From Solirubrobacteraceae bacterium (GTDB lineage Bacteria; Actinomycetota; Thermoleophilia; Solirubrobacterales; Solirubrobacteraceae): DNA of 64,000 nt. The stretch spans positions 2,791-66,790 of the forward strand of contig DATJTS010000034.1 of assembly GCA_035503035.1 (NCBI GenBank), in the 5' to 3' direction. Shown in pieces: positions 1 to 13,998 of this stretch (within the stretch, counting starts at the first letter, position 1; each line of letters opens with the position of its first letter). Under the pieces are notes generated by a model that saw nothing but the letters and a program-made list of their open reading frames with translations, was not told where the DNA came from and did not search any database. Both the position numbers and the translations under genes were made by a program.

Positions 1-113
1 GGTCGGTGTGAGGCCCGCGAGGGCGATCGGAACGGATCCCCCGCTCCTCCGCAACCGGCATGACTCTGGGCGTGCTGGCGGGCGCATCGCCCGGTTTCAC
101 GCTCTGAGTGCGG

Positions 114-2435
114 TCAGATGGTGTCGGTGGAGCCCGACGAGGTGGACCGGGCGTTGGCGGCGGCGAGGATGGCGGCGGCCTTGCCCTTGAGGTCGTAGAG
201 GGTGACCTTGGCGCCGTTGACGGTGAGCGTCACCTTGCGGGCGACCTTCTCGGCGATGGCGAAGGCAGTCTCGGAGCCGGTGCGGCCGTCGGAGAAGCCG
301 CCGCGGCCGCCGGGGTGGCCGTTTCGGTTGCCGAATGAGTTGCTGCCGGCGCCGAAGGGGCTCCTCCCGCTGCCGAATGGGCTGTTGCCGCTGCCGAAGG
401 TGCCGCCGTTGTTGCCGAAGCGGCTGCCGCCGCCAAAGCCGCCCGTGCGGCGGCCGAAGCTGCCGCCGCCGAAGCCGCCCGCTGTCGAGCTTTCGGCGAG
501 CAGCCAGCGCAGGTGGCCGTCCCGGACCTCGGTCGCCAGCCAGCGCACGCTCACGCTCGACTCGACCCCGGAGAAGCCGCCGAGCCCGGCCACGTTGTCC
601 GCGCCGGCGAGGATCGCGTCGGCGGCGGAGCTCTGGCTCTCGACGCCGACCGTGCCACCGCCGTGACTCCTGGCGTAACGGGATGCCGCGGTGAGCGTGG
701 CCGAGTCCGAGCCGAAGCTGGGGCCGCCGCCTGAGAAGCCGCCCCCGCCTGCGGCGCCGCCGGCGCGACCGGAGGAGCGGGCGCCTGAGCCGGGGCCGAA
801 CGAGCCGCCGCCCGGGAAGCCGCCGGAGCCCGAGCCGGCGCCGGGGAAGCCGCCAGAGCTCGAGCCACCGGCACGCGACCCGCCACCCGGGATCGAACCG
901 CCCCCGGGGAACGTCCCACGGCGGCCGCCGAACCGGCCGCTGAATCCGTGACCCCCGAACCCGCCGAGCGAGGTCGCGTTCGCCGGGCCACCGGCCGGGA
1001 AGGTCGAGCTGGTGGCGTGCCCGAGCGTGTCGAACGCCCACGCCGCGGGCGCGGCGAGCAGCGCGGCCAGCGCCGCCCCGACGGCGACCGCCCGCAGCCG
1101 CGCCGACAACATCCGCACGCCGATCGCGACCACGCACAGAGCGCACACGGCGACCACCAGCGGCCTCGCCCAGCCGACCGACCCCTGAATCCCGCCGAGC
1201 ACGACGAACTCGGAGACCGCTCCGGCGGTGATCGCAAGCACACCCACGATCTGACCGGCGCGACCGGCCGAGAGCGCGACGCCGGCGCCCGCACCCACGA
1301 GCATCGCCACCCACGGAGCGAGGAACGAGACGTAATAGGGGTGGAAGATGCCCGAGGCGGCGCTGAACACGACCGCTGAGACGAGCGCCGCGCCGCCGAC
1401 CGCGAGCACCCATGCGGTCCGCGGGTCAGTGCGCCTGAACCGGGTGATGGCGAGGAGGCCGAGCCCGGCGACCAGAGCGAACCCGAGCAGCCACCCGGCC
1501 TGCCCGCCGAGGGTCGAGTCGAGCAGCCGGAAGACGCCGGCGGAGCCGCCACCGAAGCCGCCTCCCCCGCCGCCGGTCCCGCCCGCCTGCCCGGCAACAC
1601 GGCCGACGCCGTTGTAGCCGACGATCAGCGACCACACCGAGTTGTCGCTGGTCCCTGAGATCCAGGGGCGATCGGCGGCCGGGGTGAGCGTGACCAGCAG
1701 CGGCCAGGCGAGCGCCACGGCGGCGAGCACCAGCCCCGCCCAGAGCAGCTGGCGGAGCGCATGCCAGGTGCCGCGGCCCGCCGGGGCGAGCCACAGCCAG
1801 GCGACCGCGATGCCCGGGACCACGAACAGGGCGACTGCCATCTTCGCCTCGAAGCCGAGCCCGATCAGCGCCCCGCACCACAGCAGCCAGCGCGTACGGC
1901 CGTCCTGGAAGCCACGCACCGCGCACCACATCGCGGCCACGCAGCAGAGGATGAGCAGCTCGTCGGGGTTGTTGTGGCGGGCCATCGCGACGGTGATCGG
2001 GGTGAGCGCGAACACCAGACCGGCGACGAACCCCGCCGGGCGCCCGAACAGACGGCGCGTGAGATCGGCCGCCAGCAGCACGGCCGCGACGCCCATCAGC
2101 GCCTCGGGGACGAGCAGCGAGAGCGGGTGAAAGCCGAAGATCCGGGCCGAGAGCGCCTGGACCCAGAGCGCCGCCGGCGGCTTGTCGACCGTCATCAGGC
2201 CGCTGCGGTCCAGGGAGGCGAACAGGAAGTCGTGCCAGCTCGAGGCCATCGAGCGGACCGCCCCTGAGTAGAACGTGTTGGCCCAGTCGTTGCGCGAGAG
2301 GTCCCACAGGTTCAGGACGGCGGCGAGCGTGGCCAGGGCGAGCAGCTCGGGATGCGCGCGGCGGATGCGGTCCAGCACGCGCGCTCGCAGGCCCTGGGTC
2401 AGGGCCCCGAGCCGTGGGGCGGTGGTGGCGCTCAC
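114..2435 (-). CDS. GT-C (ArnT/PMT-like, family 39) membrane glycosyltransferase with long Gly/Phe/Ser-rich segments
   Basis: N-terminal ...NTFYSGAVRSM...TVDKPP... motif, many TM helices, HPYY; GTG start at 2435 chosen within ORF 114..2468. Confidence 0.85.
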   Translation of the reverse strand: MSATTAPRLGALTQGLRARVLDRIRRAHPELLALATLAAVLNLWDLSRNDWANTFYSGAVRSMASSWHDFLFASLDRSGLMTVDKPPAALWVQALSARIFGFHPLSLLVPEALMGVAAVLLAADLTRRLFGRPAGFVAGLVFALTPITVAMARHNNPDELLILCCVAAMWCAVRGFQDGRTRWLLWCGALIGLGFEAKMAVALFVVPGIAVAWLWLAPAGRGTWHALRQLLWAGLVLAAVALAWPLLVTLTPAADRPWISGTSDNSVWSLIVGYNGVGRVAGQAGGTGGGGGGFGGGSAGVFRLLDSTLGGQAGWLLGFALVAGLGLLAITRFRRTDPRTAWVLAVGGAALVSAVVFSAASGIFHPYYVSFLAPWVAMLVGAGAGVALSAGRAGQIVGVLAITAGAVSEFVVLGGIQGSVGWARPLVVAVCALCVVAIGVRMLSARLRAVAVGAALAALLAAPAAWAFDTLGHATSSTFPAGGPANATSLGGFGGHGFSGRFGGRRGTFPGGGSIPGGGSRAGGSSSGGFPGAGSGSGGFPGGGSFGPGSGARSSGRAGGAAGGGGFSGGGPSFGSDSATLTAASRYARSHGGGTVGVESQSSAADAILAGADNVAGLGGFSGVESSVSVRWLATEVRDGHLRWLLAESSTAGGFGGGSFGRRTGGFGGGSRFGNNGGTFGSGNSPFGSGRSPFGAGSNSFGNRNGHPGGRGGFSDGRTGSETAFAIAEKVARKVTLTVNGAKVTLYDLKGKAAAILAAANARSTSSGSTDTI

Positions 2436-2539
2436 GGCTGATCGGGGGCGCGGTGGGCTTCCGCCCACACTCCCGCGGCGAAGACGGCGGCCACAGCGGC
2501 GGCGATCATGCCGGAGGCTGAGTACAGAAGAATGGACAC
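2432..2539 (-). CDS. putative 35-aa single-TM small protein
   Basis: GTG..TGA reads MSILLYSASGMIAAAVAAVFAAGVWAEAHRAPDQP; its TGA overlaps the GTG of the glycosyltransferase (GTGA). Confidence 0.45.
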   Translation of the reverse strand: MSILLYSASGMIAAAVAAVFAAGVWAEAHRAPDQP

Positions 2540-2562
2540 CCGGGCAGCATCGACATCGCCGC

Positions 2563-2601
2563 CAAGATCAGAACAAGATCTCTGTAAGACGAACGTAGGA
2601 A
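2563..2601. promoter_or_regulatory. 11-bp phased direct repeats, probable OmpR/PhoB-type regulator site
   Basis: CAAGAT(2563), CAAGAT(2574), TAAGAC(2585), TAGGAA(2596), exactly 11 bp apart, upstream of the small ORF/glycosyltransferase. Confidence 0.5.
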
Positions 2602-2617
2602 TTGTTCGCCGGCGCGG

Positions 2618-3793
2618 TCAGTCCGCCGTTTCTGCCCGGTCGGCCAGCGGGCGCACCACCGCCACGAGCGCGAGCAGCACGGCGGTCTCACAACCGAGCA
2701 GCAGGAGACGGTCGGCTCCGGCCACCGCGACGAGCGAGACCAGTCCGAGCACGGCGATCCCCGCGAGCAGCGCGCGGGCGCTCGCCAGTTGGGCGGCGCG
2801 CTTGAACATCCCGAGGCCGGCGAGGTAGAGCGCGGGCCCCCCGAGCAGCATGAGCACCGAGAACAGGTCGGCGTCGCGGTGGGGTCGGTAGATCGCGAGG
2901 TGGATCGCGACCGCGACGACGATCACTCCCGCGACCATTACGGCATGCGCATAGGCATAGGCCGAGCGGCCGGTGCGGGCCCCTCCCTCCTCCGCGATCC
3001 GGGCGGCGCCGCGCTCCGCGGTGCCGGTGAAATAGCTGGCCCACAGCGCCGCCGAGGTGAGGAAGCCGAACACGAACGCCGCGTCGACGGCGACTGATCC
3101 GTGGCGTTCGGACCAGGTGAGACCGACCCGCAGCACCGACTCACCGAGCGCGATCATCAGCACCAGCTGATAGCGCTCGGCCAGATGCGATCCGGTGAGC
3201 CTCCAGGCCTCGATCGGCGTGGAGCCGACCCCGGGCAGGCTGAACCCGTGCAGCGGAGCTGCCAGCTCAACGACCGCAGCGGCCGCCCACACCAGCAGGC
3301 GCGCGTCGCCGTGCAGGTAGGCGCCCACGACCCAGATGGCGCCGCCGATGACCAGCCAACCGAGCAGCTGAAGGTTGTTGGCGCGCATGCGGTCGCCCGC
3401 GGGAAACGCCCAGGCGACGACGCCGGTCCGCAGCACCTGGAGCAGCGCGTAGGCGACGGCGAAGGGCGCGCCGCGGCTCTCGAACGCCTCCGGCAGTGCG
3501 GCGGCCATCACCAGGCTCAGGAGCATGAGCACGGTCATCAGCAGGATCCCGGCGAGGTGGTCGGGGTCCAGCCAGTTGGTCGCCCACGCGGTGTAGTTCC
3601 AGGCCCACCAGACCGCGACGAACAGGACGAGCGCCTCGAGGATCCCGTGCCCGGTCTGGTGGTTGAACAGAAAATCGGACAGCTGGGTGATCGCGAACAC
3701 GTAGACGAGGTCGAAGAACAGCTCCATGTTCGTGACCCGGACGGCCCCGTCGGGATCCTCCTCATCCGTCGCGCGCAGGACGTCCCTCGGCAT
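2618..3793 (-). CDS. low temperature requirement protein A family membrane protein
   Basis: VTNMELFFDLVYVFAITQ and HLAERYQLVLMIALGES motifs of LtrA; the upstream part of ORF 2618..4912 is antisense to acnA. Confidence 0.85.
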   Translation of the reverse strand: MPRDVLRATDEEDPDGAVRVTNMELFFDLVYVFAITQLSDFLFNHQTGHGILEALVLFVAVWWAWNYTAWATNWLDPDHLAGILLMTVLMLLSLVMAAALPEAFESRGAPFAVAYALLQVLRTGVVAWAFPAGDRMRANNLQLLGWLVIGGAIWVVGAYLHGDARLLVWAAAAVVELAAPLHGFSLPGVGSTPIEAWRLTGSHLAERYQLVLMIALGESVLRVGLTWSERHGSVAVDAAFVFGFLTSAALWASYFTGTAERGAARIAEEGGARTGRSAYAYAHAVMVAGVIVVAVAIHLAIYRPHRDADLFSVLMLLGGPALYLAGLGMFKRAAQLASARALLAGIAVLGLVSLVAVAGADRLLLLGCETAVLLALVAVVRPLADRAETAD

Positions 3794-3850
3794 TGCGGGC
3801 ATAGAGTAGGGAGCCCCTGAATTCTGGACACGTACAGGAGTTCTGAACCC

Positions 3851-6667
<2,817 letters not shown>

Positions 6668-6734
6668 TCAACGGATATTGAGCGCCGGTCCGCCCCCGGA
6701 CCGGCGCTTGGACAAGCGGATAACCTCGGCGCCC

Positions 6735-7793
6735 ATGGCCACTCCTCCGCTACTCGATCAACTGCTCCGGACCCCCGGCCCCTCCGGCCACGAGACGGGA
6801 CCTGCCGCAGTCTGGCGCGACTCAGTCAGCGCCTTCTCCGACGACGTCCGCGTCGACGGGATCGGCTCCTCGTCCGTCCGCGTCCCGGGCACCGCCGACG
6901 GCCCGTCCATGGCGGTGATCGGCCATATCGACGAGATCGGGATCCATGTCACCCACATCGACGAGGACGGCTATCTGCACTTCGGCGAGGTGGGGGGCTG
7001 GGACCCTTTTCAACTCATCGGCCAGCGCGTCCGCCTGGCCACCCGCGGCGGTGACGTCCTCGGCGTGATCGGCCGCAAGCCGATTCACCTGCTCGACCAG
7101 GACGAGCGGGGCAAAGCGCCCAAGATCAAGGATCTTCACCTCGACATCGGCGCCATGGACGGCGATGCGGCGCGGGCCGCGGTTCGCATCGGCGACGTCG
7201 GCGTGATCGACGCGGAGCCGGTCACGCTGCTCGGCGACCGCGTCGCCTCTCGCTCGTTCGACAACCGCATCGGCGCCTGGGTGGCCGCCGAGGTCGCGCG
7301 CCAGGTCGCGGAGTCGGGCGGCTCGCCGGGCGACGTCTACGGCCTGGCCGTCGTTCAGGAGGAGACCAGTCTGTCCGGCGCCCGCACCAGCGCGTTCAGC
7401 CTTGACTTCGACATCGCCGTGATCGTCGATGTGACCCACGCCACCGACCAGCCGGGCGTCACGCTCGGCCCGGTCACCAAGCATGCGCTCGGTTCCGGAC
7501 CGGTGATCACCCGCGGCACGATCGTCCACCCCGTGGTCACCGAGCTGCTCATCGATACCGCCGACGAGCTCGGCATGGGCTACACGGTCGAGTCGGCCGG
7601 CCGCGCCACGGGCACCGACGGCGACGCCGTTCACAACAGCCGCGCGGGTATCGCCACCGCGATCGTCTCGGTTCCGCTGCGTTACATGCACTCGTCGGTC
7701 GAGCTGGTGGACCTGGCCGACGTCGAGGCGACCGCGAAGCTGATCTCGGCGTTCGCCCAGAAGCTGACGCCCGGACTGTCGCTGGCGCGCTGA
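6735..7793 (+). CDS. M42 family metallo-aminopeptidase
   Basis: GPSGHE, GHIDEIG, DNRIG, VQEE, DVTHA, RYMHS. Confidence 0.9.
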   Translation: MATPPLLDQLLRTPGPSGHETGPAAVWRDSVSAFSDDVRVDGIGSSSVRVPGTADGPSMAVIGHIDEIGIHVTHIDEDGYLHFGEVGGWDPFQLIGQRVRLATRGGDVLGVIGRKPIHLLDQDERGKAPKIKDLHLDIGAMDGDAARAAVRIGDVGVIDAEPVTLLGDRVASRSFDNRIGAWVAAEVARQVAESGGSPGDVYGLAVVQEETSLSGARTSAFSLDFDIAVIVDVTHATDQPGVTLGPVTKHALGSGPVITRGTIVHPVVTELLIDTADELGMGYTVESAGRATGTDGDAVHNSRAGIATAIVSVPLRYMHSSVELVDLADVEATAKLISAFAQKLTPGLSLAR

Positions 7794-7812
7794 GCGAAAC
7801 CGTTCAGGTGCT

Positions 7813-8520
7813 GTGACCGCGGTGAGCACCCCGACGCTTCTGCTGTTCGACATCGACGGAACGCTCGTGTGGCGCGCCTCGGTCGAGCATGCGGTCGCGC
7901 TGCGCGAGGCGCTCCACACCGTGCACGGCCTTGACCCGACGTTCGAGCACACCCTGTCCGCGGCGGGGCGAACCGACGGTGAGATCGCGCGGCTCCTGCT
8001 GCTCGCCGGAGGCGTATCCGCCGAGGCGATCGACGACGGCGTGACCGCGGTCCGCGAAGCGTCGGTGGAGGCCTACGCCCGCCTGTGCCCCGCCGACCTC
8101 TCCGACCGAGTGCTGCCCGGGATTCCGGAGCTGCTCGAGTCGCTGAGCGCCCGGGACGATGTGCGACTCTCCCTGGTCACCGGCAACTTCGAGCCGATCG
8201 CCCGGCTCAAGCTGGGGCGAGCCGGCGTCGGACGGTTCTTCGAGGGTGGTCAAGGCGGATTCGGCTCCGACTCCGAGGACCGCTCGGTCCTGCCCGAACT
8301 GGCGCGCCGCCGCGCCGGCGCTGACGGCGTGCCATGGCCGCGCGAGCACACGATCGTGATCGGCGACACGCCCAGGGACATCGCCTGCGCCCGGGCCGAC
8401 GGAGTCCGGTGCGTAGGGGTCGCGACGGGACCGCACCCGGCTTCGGACCTGGCCGAGGCCGACGCGGTGGCCGGGCCGGGCGACCTGGCCGAGGTCCTCG
8501 GCGAGATGCTGGCCGGCTGA
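7813..8520 (+). CDS. HAD-family hydrolase/phosphatase
   Basis: LLFDIDGTL motif I, VTGN, IGDTPRD motif IV. Confidence 0.9.
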   Translation: MTAVSTPTLLLFDIDGTLVWRASVEHAVALREALHTVHGLDPTFEHTLSAAGRTDGEIARLLLLAGGVSAEAIDDGVTAVREASVEAYARLCPADLSDRVLPGIPELLESLSARDDVRLSLVTGNFEPIARLKLGRAGVGRFFEGGQGGFGSDSEDRSVLPELARRRAGADGVPWPREHTIVIGDTPRDIACARADGVRCVGVATGPHPASDLAEADAVAGPGDLAEVLGEMLAG

Positions 8521-8540
8521 CACGCGCCGCTGGAGGACGC

Positions 8541-9455
8541 TCAGGCCGGTGCGAGTCCGGCGCCGCGCACGCGGACCGCGCGGGCGGAGACCTCGACCGC
8601 GGAGCGGGTGGCGGCGCGCAGGGTCTCCAGATCGCCTGCCGAGCTCCTCGGGGTGCCGCGGGCGACCCACCAGTCGAGCAGCCCCGCCACGAACGCGTCC
8701 CCCGCGCCGATGGTGTCGACGACCTCGACCTCGGGGACGGGGATCTCGTCGGCGTCCTCGGCGGTGATGATCGCCACCGGCCCGGGCCCATCGGTGATGA
8801 TCACCGCGGATGGACCGCTTGCGATCAGGCGGCGCGCCGCGTCGTGCGGGGCGTCGCCCTCACAGATCAGGGCGAGGTCCTCGACGCTCGCCTTGACGAT
8901 GTCGACCCGTCGCATCAGCGCCCCGATCGTGCGGCGGTAGGCGGCCAGGTCGTCGATGGCGCTCGGCCGGCAGTTGGGGTCGCACACGACCGTGAGCGAC
9001 TCGGGCGCCACCGTCACGAGGGACAGCAGTGTCGAGGAGACCGGCTCGAGTCCGAGCACGATCCCCCCGACCAGGAAGGCGTCGGCGCCGTCGAGCAGAT
9101 CGAGTGGGATCACCTCCGGCTCGAGCTGCGAGGCCGAAGTCTGCACGTGGTAGAAGCGATAGCGTGCCGAGCCGCCGTCGTCGAGCTCGGCGAGCGCGAG
9201 CGTCGTCGGAACGGTCGTCGGCTCCTCCACCGCCAGGCGTGCGCCGGCTTCGGTCAACCGACTGCGCAGCTCGGTTCCGAATCGATCGTCGGAGATCCGC
9301 CCGAGGTAGGAGCAGTCGGCCCCCAGCCATCCGAGCGCGCGCGCGACGTTGAACACCGCGCCACCCGGCAGCGCGACGAGCCGGCCGTCGGGCTCGGCGA
9401 GCACGTCCATCAGTGCCTCTCCGGCGACGACGATCACGCGCCGATTGTCGTCCAT
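8541..9455 (-). CDS. PfkB family carbohydrate kinase (fructokinase-like)
   Basis: GEALMD, PGGAVFNVA, DPNCR, VDTIGAGDAF. Confidence 0.9.
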   Translation of the reverse strand: MDDNRRVIVVAGEALMDVLAEPDGRLVALPGGAVFNVARALGWLGADCSYLGRISDDRFGTELRSRLTEAGARLAVEEPTTVPTTLALAELDDGGSARYRFYHVQTSASQLEPEVIPLDLLDGADAFLVGGIVLGLEPVSSTLLSLVTVAPESLTVVCDPNCRPSAIDDLAAYRRTIGALMRRVDIVKASVEDLALICEGDAPHDAARRLIASGPSAVIITDGPGPVAIITAEDADEIPVPEVEVVDTIGAGDAFVAGLLDWWVARGTPRSSAGDLETLRAATRSAVEVSARAVRVRGAGLAPA

Positions 9456-9490
9456 CCGACGGCGCGGGCGCCGTGCGGTCCAGGTCGCCG

Positions 9491-10291
9491 CTAGGCCGGC
9501 TCGGGCGCGACCTCGGCTGCCGGGACGACGATATCGTCGTGGTAGCCGATGCGCCGCGCCTGCATGTAGGCGACGAGCGCCGCGGTGATCAGGCCGAGGT
9601 AGATCGCGGTCGGGATCTGCCCCAGGTTGAGGCCGGCCTGATGGATCGGCATGTCGCTGTAGTCGGCCCAGGACGCACCGAACGGGCGGGTGATCGTGTA
9701 CGCGAACCAGAACGTGAAGACGGGGTTGACGCCACGGCGCCAGAGCACGAGCGGGATCAGGATGACCGCACCGAAGACCAGGAACGACCCGAGGTAGTCC
9801 AGGTGGAGCCCGGTGGCGGTGAAGTCGCCGGTGGCCGTCCCGAGCGCGAACGAGCCGAGCACCGTCAGCCAGTAGTAGCGCTCGCGCCGCCGGTTGACGA
9901 TGCTGTGGATGTTGAGCGTGCCTTCGTGGCGGTACCAGAAGATGAAGATCGCGGTGACGATCACCCCGTACATCAGCGTCGTGGACCAGTACGGCATGCC
10001 GATCCCGACATGGAAGGCGTCAGCGGCCGAGGTGCCGAAGATCGAGACCGCGGCGACGACCGACCAGTACGGCAGGGTCCGGTAGCGGTCCTGGCGCATC
10101 TGCCAGCGCAGCGTCACCGCCAGCAGGATGAGCATGATCGGCACCGCGATCGCCGGGCCGAGCTGCTGGTTCATCGCGTCAGAGATCGCCTCTCCCGTCG
10201 CGGTCATCGCGATCTTGGTGGCCCAGAACCAGGGGGTGATGTCCTCTGGCACCTTGGCGTGGACGTATCTGTCTGCTCGCGTGGCGCTCAT
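9491..10291 (-). CDS. DUF347-repeat (COG4705) membrane protein
   Basis: KVPE..FW..KI..TATGE, GT.AAD, YW..LGTATGD, FW.AY.ITRPFGAS repeats. Confidence 0.8.
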   Translation of the reverse strand: MSATRADRYVHAKVPEDITPWFWATKIAMTATGEAISDAMNQQLGPAIAVPIMLILLAVTLRWQMRQDRYRTLPYWSVVAAVSIFGTSAADAFHVGIGMPYWSTTLMYGVIVTAIFIFWYRHEGTLNIHSIVNRRRERYYWLTVLGSFALGTATGDFTATGLHLDYLGSFLVFGAVILIPLVLWRRGVNPVFTFWFAYTITRPFGASWADYSDMPIHQAGLNLGQIPTAIYLGLITAALVAYMQARRIGYHDDIVVPAAEVAPEPA

Positions 10292-10427
10292 CTCTCAACT
10301 CGGTCCGCTTTGCCCCGCAGCGAGCCTACGCACCGTTCCTTAAGCGGTCTCTCATCTTCGGCAGCGGTAACGCGTCGCTAACGCCGCGGGATAGGATGCG
10401 GCCCCGCCCCGCGACCCCGAGGGAACG

Positions 10428-11453
10428 ATGGATTTCGACGACTACCTGCGCCGGGTACCGAAGGTCGAACTGCACTGCCACTTCGAGGGCACGGTGCGGC
10501 CGCAGACCTTCGCCGAGCTCGCCACCAAGCACGGCGTCACGCTGTCGGGCGACGACCCCGCCCGGCTCTACGACTACGACTCGATCTACGAGTTCCTCAA
10601 GATCTTCGGCCAGGTCTCCTCGACGTTGATCGACCGGGAGGACTTCGCCCGGACGGCATTCGAGTCGATCGAGGACGGGGTGAAGCTTGGCAACCTGGTC
10701 TACCGGGAGATGTTCTTCAACCCGACGTTGCACACCAAGCGCGGGGTGCCGTACGCGACCGTCGTCGACGGGCTGATCGACGGTTGCCGCCGTGCGGAGT
10801 CAGAGCTCGGTGTGCGCTGCCGCCTGATCGCCGATGTCTACCGTCAGGACTCCGCGGGCGAGGCGGAGGACATGGTGAGGGAGGTGCTGGAGCACCGTCG
10901 CGACGAGGTGATCGGGCTGGGGATGGATGGCGCGGAGGCACCCGACCCGCCGGAGAAGTTCACCGAGGCCTACCGGCTGGCCAAGCGGGGCGGGCTGCGA
11001 CTCACCGCGCACGCGTGCGAGGACGCTCCGGCCAAGAACGTCACCACCTGCCTCGACGTGCTCGGCTGCGAGCGGTTGGACCACGGCTACCACGTGCTCG
11101 GCGACCCCGAGGTCGTCGCTCGCGTGCGCGACGAGGGAATTGTGTTCACGACCTGCCCGACGGCGACGGCCGTCTGTTACTTCACCGACGATCTCACCGA
11201 GCACCCGATCGTGACGATGGCCGAGCAGGGGCTGCGGCTCACCCTCAACTCCGACGATCCGCCGATGTTCCACACCGACATCGGGACCGAGTTCGCCAAG
11301 ATGGTGCCCGCCGCCGGCTGGGACCGCAACCGGGTACGGGAGATCTGCCTCACCGCGGTCGACGCTGCCTGGGTCGACGACTCCGAGCGGCGCGAGCTAC
11401 ACGAGCGCGTGACCAGCGGGCTGGACGCCCTCGACGCCGAAGCGACCGCCTGA
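10428..11453 (+). CDS. add: adenosine/adenine deaminase
   Basis: PKVELHCHFEG, HACE, RLDHG, NSDDPPMF. Confidence 0.9.
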   Translation: MDFDDYLRRVPKVELHCHFEGTVRPQTFAELATKHGVTLSGDDPARLYDYDSIYEFLKIFGQVSSTLIDREDFARTAFESIEDGVKLGNLVYREMFFNPTLHTKRGVPYATVVDGLIDGCRRAESELGVRCRLIADVYRQDSAGEAEDMVREVLEHRRDEVIGLGMDGAEAPDPPEKFTEAYRLAKRGGLRLTAHACEDAPAKNVTTCLDVLGCERLDHGYHVLGDPEVVARVRDEGIVFTTCPTATAVCYFTDDLTEHPIVTMAEQGLRLTLNSDDPPMFHTDIGTEFAKMVPAAGWDRNRVREICLTAVDAAWVDDSERRELHERVTSGLDALDAEATA

Positions 11454-11462
11454 GCGGGCGGC

Positions 11463-13118
<1,656 letters not shown>

Positions 13119-13139
13119 GCGGCCTGTCAGGATAGGAGC

Positions 13140-13976
13140 ATGCTTCGTCGAACCGTTATCGCTCTCGCACTCACCGCCGGACTGGCAGCTCCCGCCGCTG
13201 CCGGCGCCAAGACCTATACCGCCCGCGACGGGTCCGTGCACGCCGTCGTCACCACCACCGGAACGCTCGCCCGCCCCGTGCCTCCCACGCTCACGATCAC
13301 CAATCAGGGCGCAAGCGGCACGGCGAGGTTGTTCCACGGGCCGGTCAGCAACCACGCCTGCGGCACCGGCTGCGTGGTCTCGCTGGCGCCTGCCGATCCG
13401 CCGGTGCGCTTCGCGGCGCTCGACGGCGCGGGCTCCAAGGACGTGATCGTCAACCTCTACAGCGGCGGGGCCAACTGCTGCTCGGTGCTCGACCTCTTCC
13501 GCCCGAGCGCCGCGCTGGGCGGCCAGTACGTGCTCTCGGCCTCGCACAACTTCGCCTACGCCGGCTATCGCCTGGAGCGCCTCCACGGGCGTCGCGTGTT
13601 CGTGACCGCCGATCCGAGCTTCTCGACGGTGTTCACCGATTTCGCCGATTCCGGGCTGCCGCTGCAGATCCTGCGGCTCTCGGGCGTGAAGTTCGTCGAT
13701 GTGACCTCGAGCTATCCGGGGCTCGTCCGCCTCGACGCAACCCGTTGGATGACGGCCTACCGCAAGGCGCACGGCCACAACGACGTCGGGCTGATCGCCC
13801 CCTGGGCAGCCGACGAGGCGCGCCTCGGGCGCTGGAGCTCAGCGCATGCCTACCTGGTCGCTCAGGCGCGCGCCGGGCGGCTGCGCTCGGCACTGCTGCC
13901 CCACGCGGCGAGCGGGACGCGCTTCATCACTCAGCTGGAGGCGCTGCTGCGGCGCGACGGGTACCTGAAGAGGTAA
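13140..13976 (+). CDS. secreted hypothetical protein
   Basis: RBS GGAG, signal peptide [31 protein letters not shown] motif. Confidence 0.75.
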   Translation: MLRRTVIALALTAGLAAPAAAGAKTYTARDGSVHAVVTTTGTLARPVPPTLTITNQGASGTARLFHGPVSNHACGTGCVVSLAPADPPVRFAALDGAGSKDVIVNLYSGGANCCSVLDLFRPSAALGGQYVLSASHNFAYAGYRLERLHGRRVFVTADPSFSTVFTDFADSGLPLQILRLSGVKFVDVTSSYPGLVRLDATRWMTAYRKAHGHNDVGLIAPWAADEARLGRWSSAHAYLVAQARAGRLRSALLPHAASGTRFITQLEALLRRDGYLKR

Positions 13977-13998
13977 CCGGTTGGCGGGCCGCTGGGCG

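Noticed and set aside
63-109. Imperfect inverted repeat ACTCTGGGCGTG/CACGCTCTGAGT after the first gene
   Set aside because: Short, mismatched and at the window edge; it cannot be distinguished from a simple terminator or chance.
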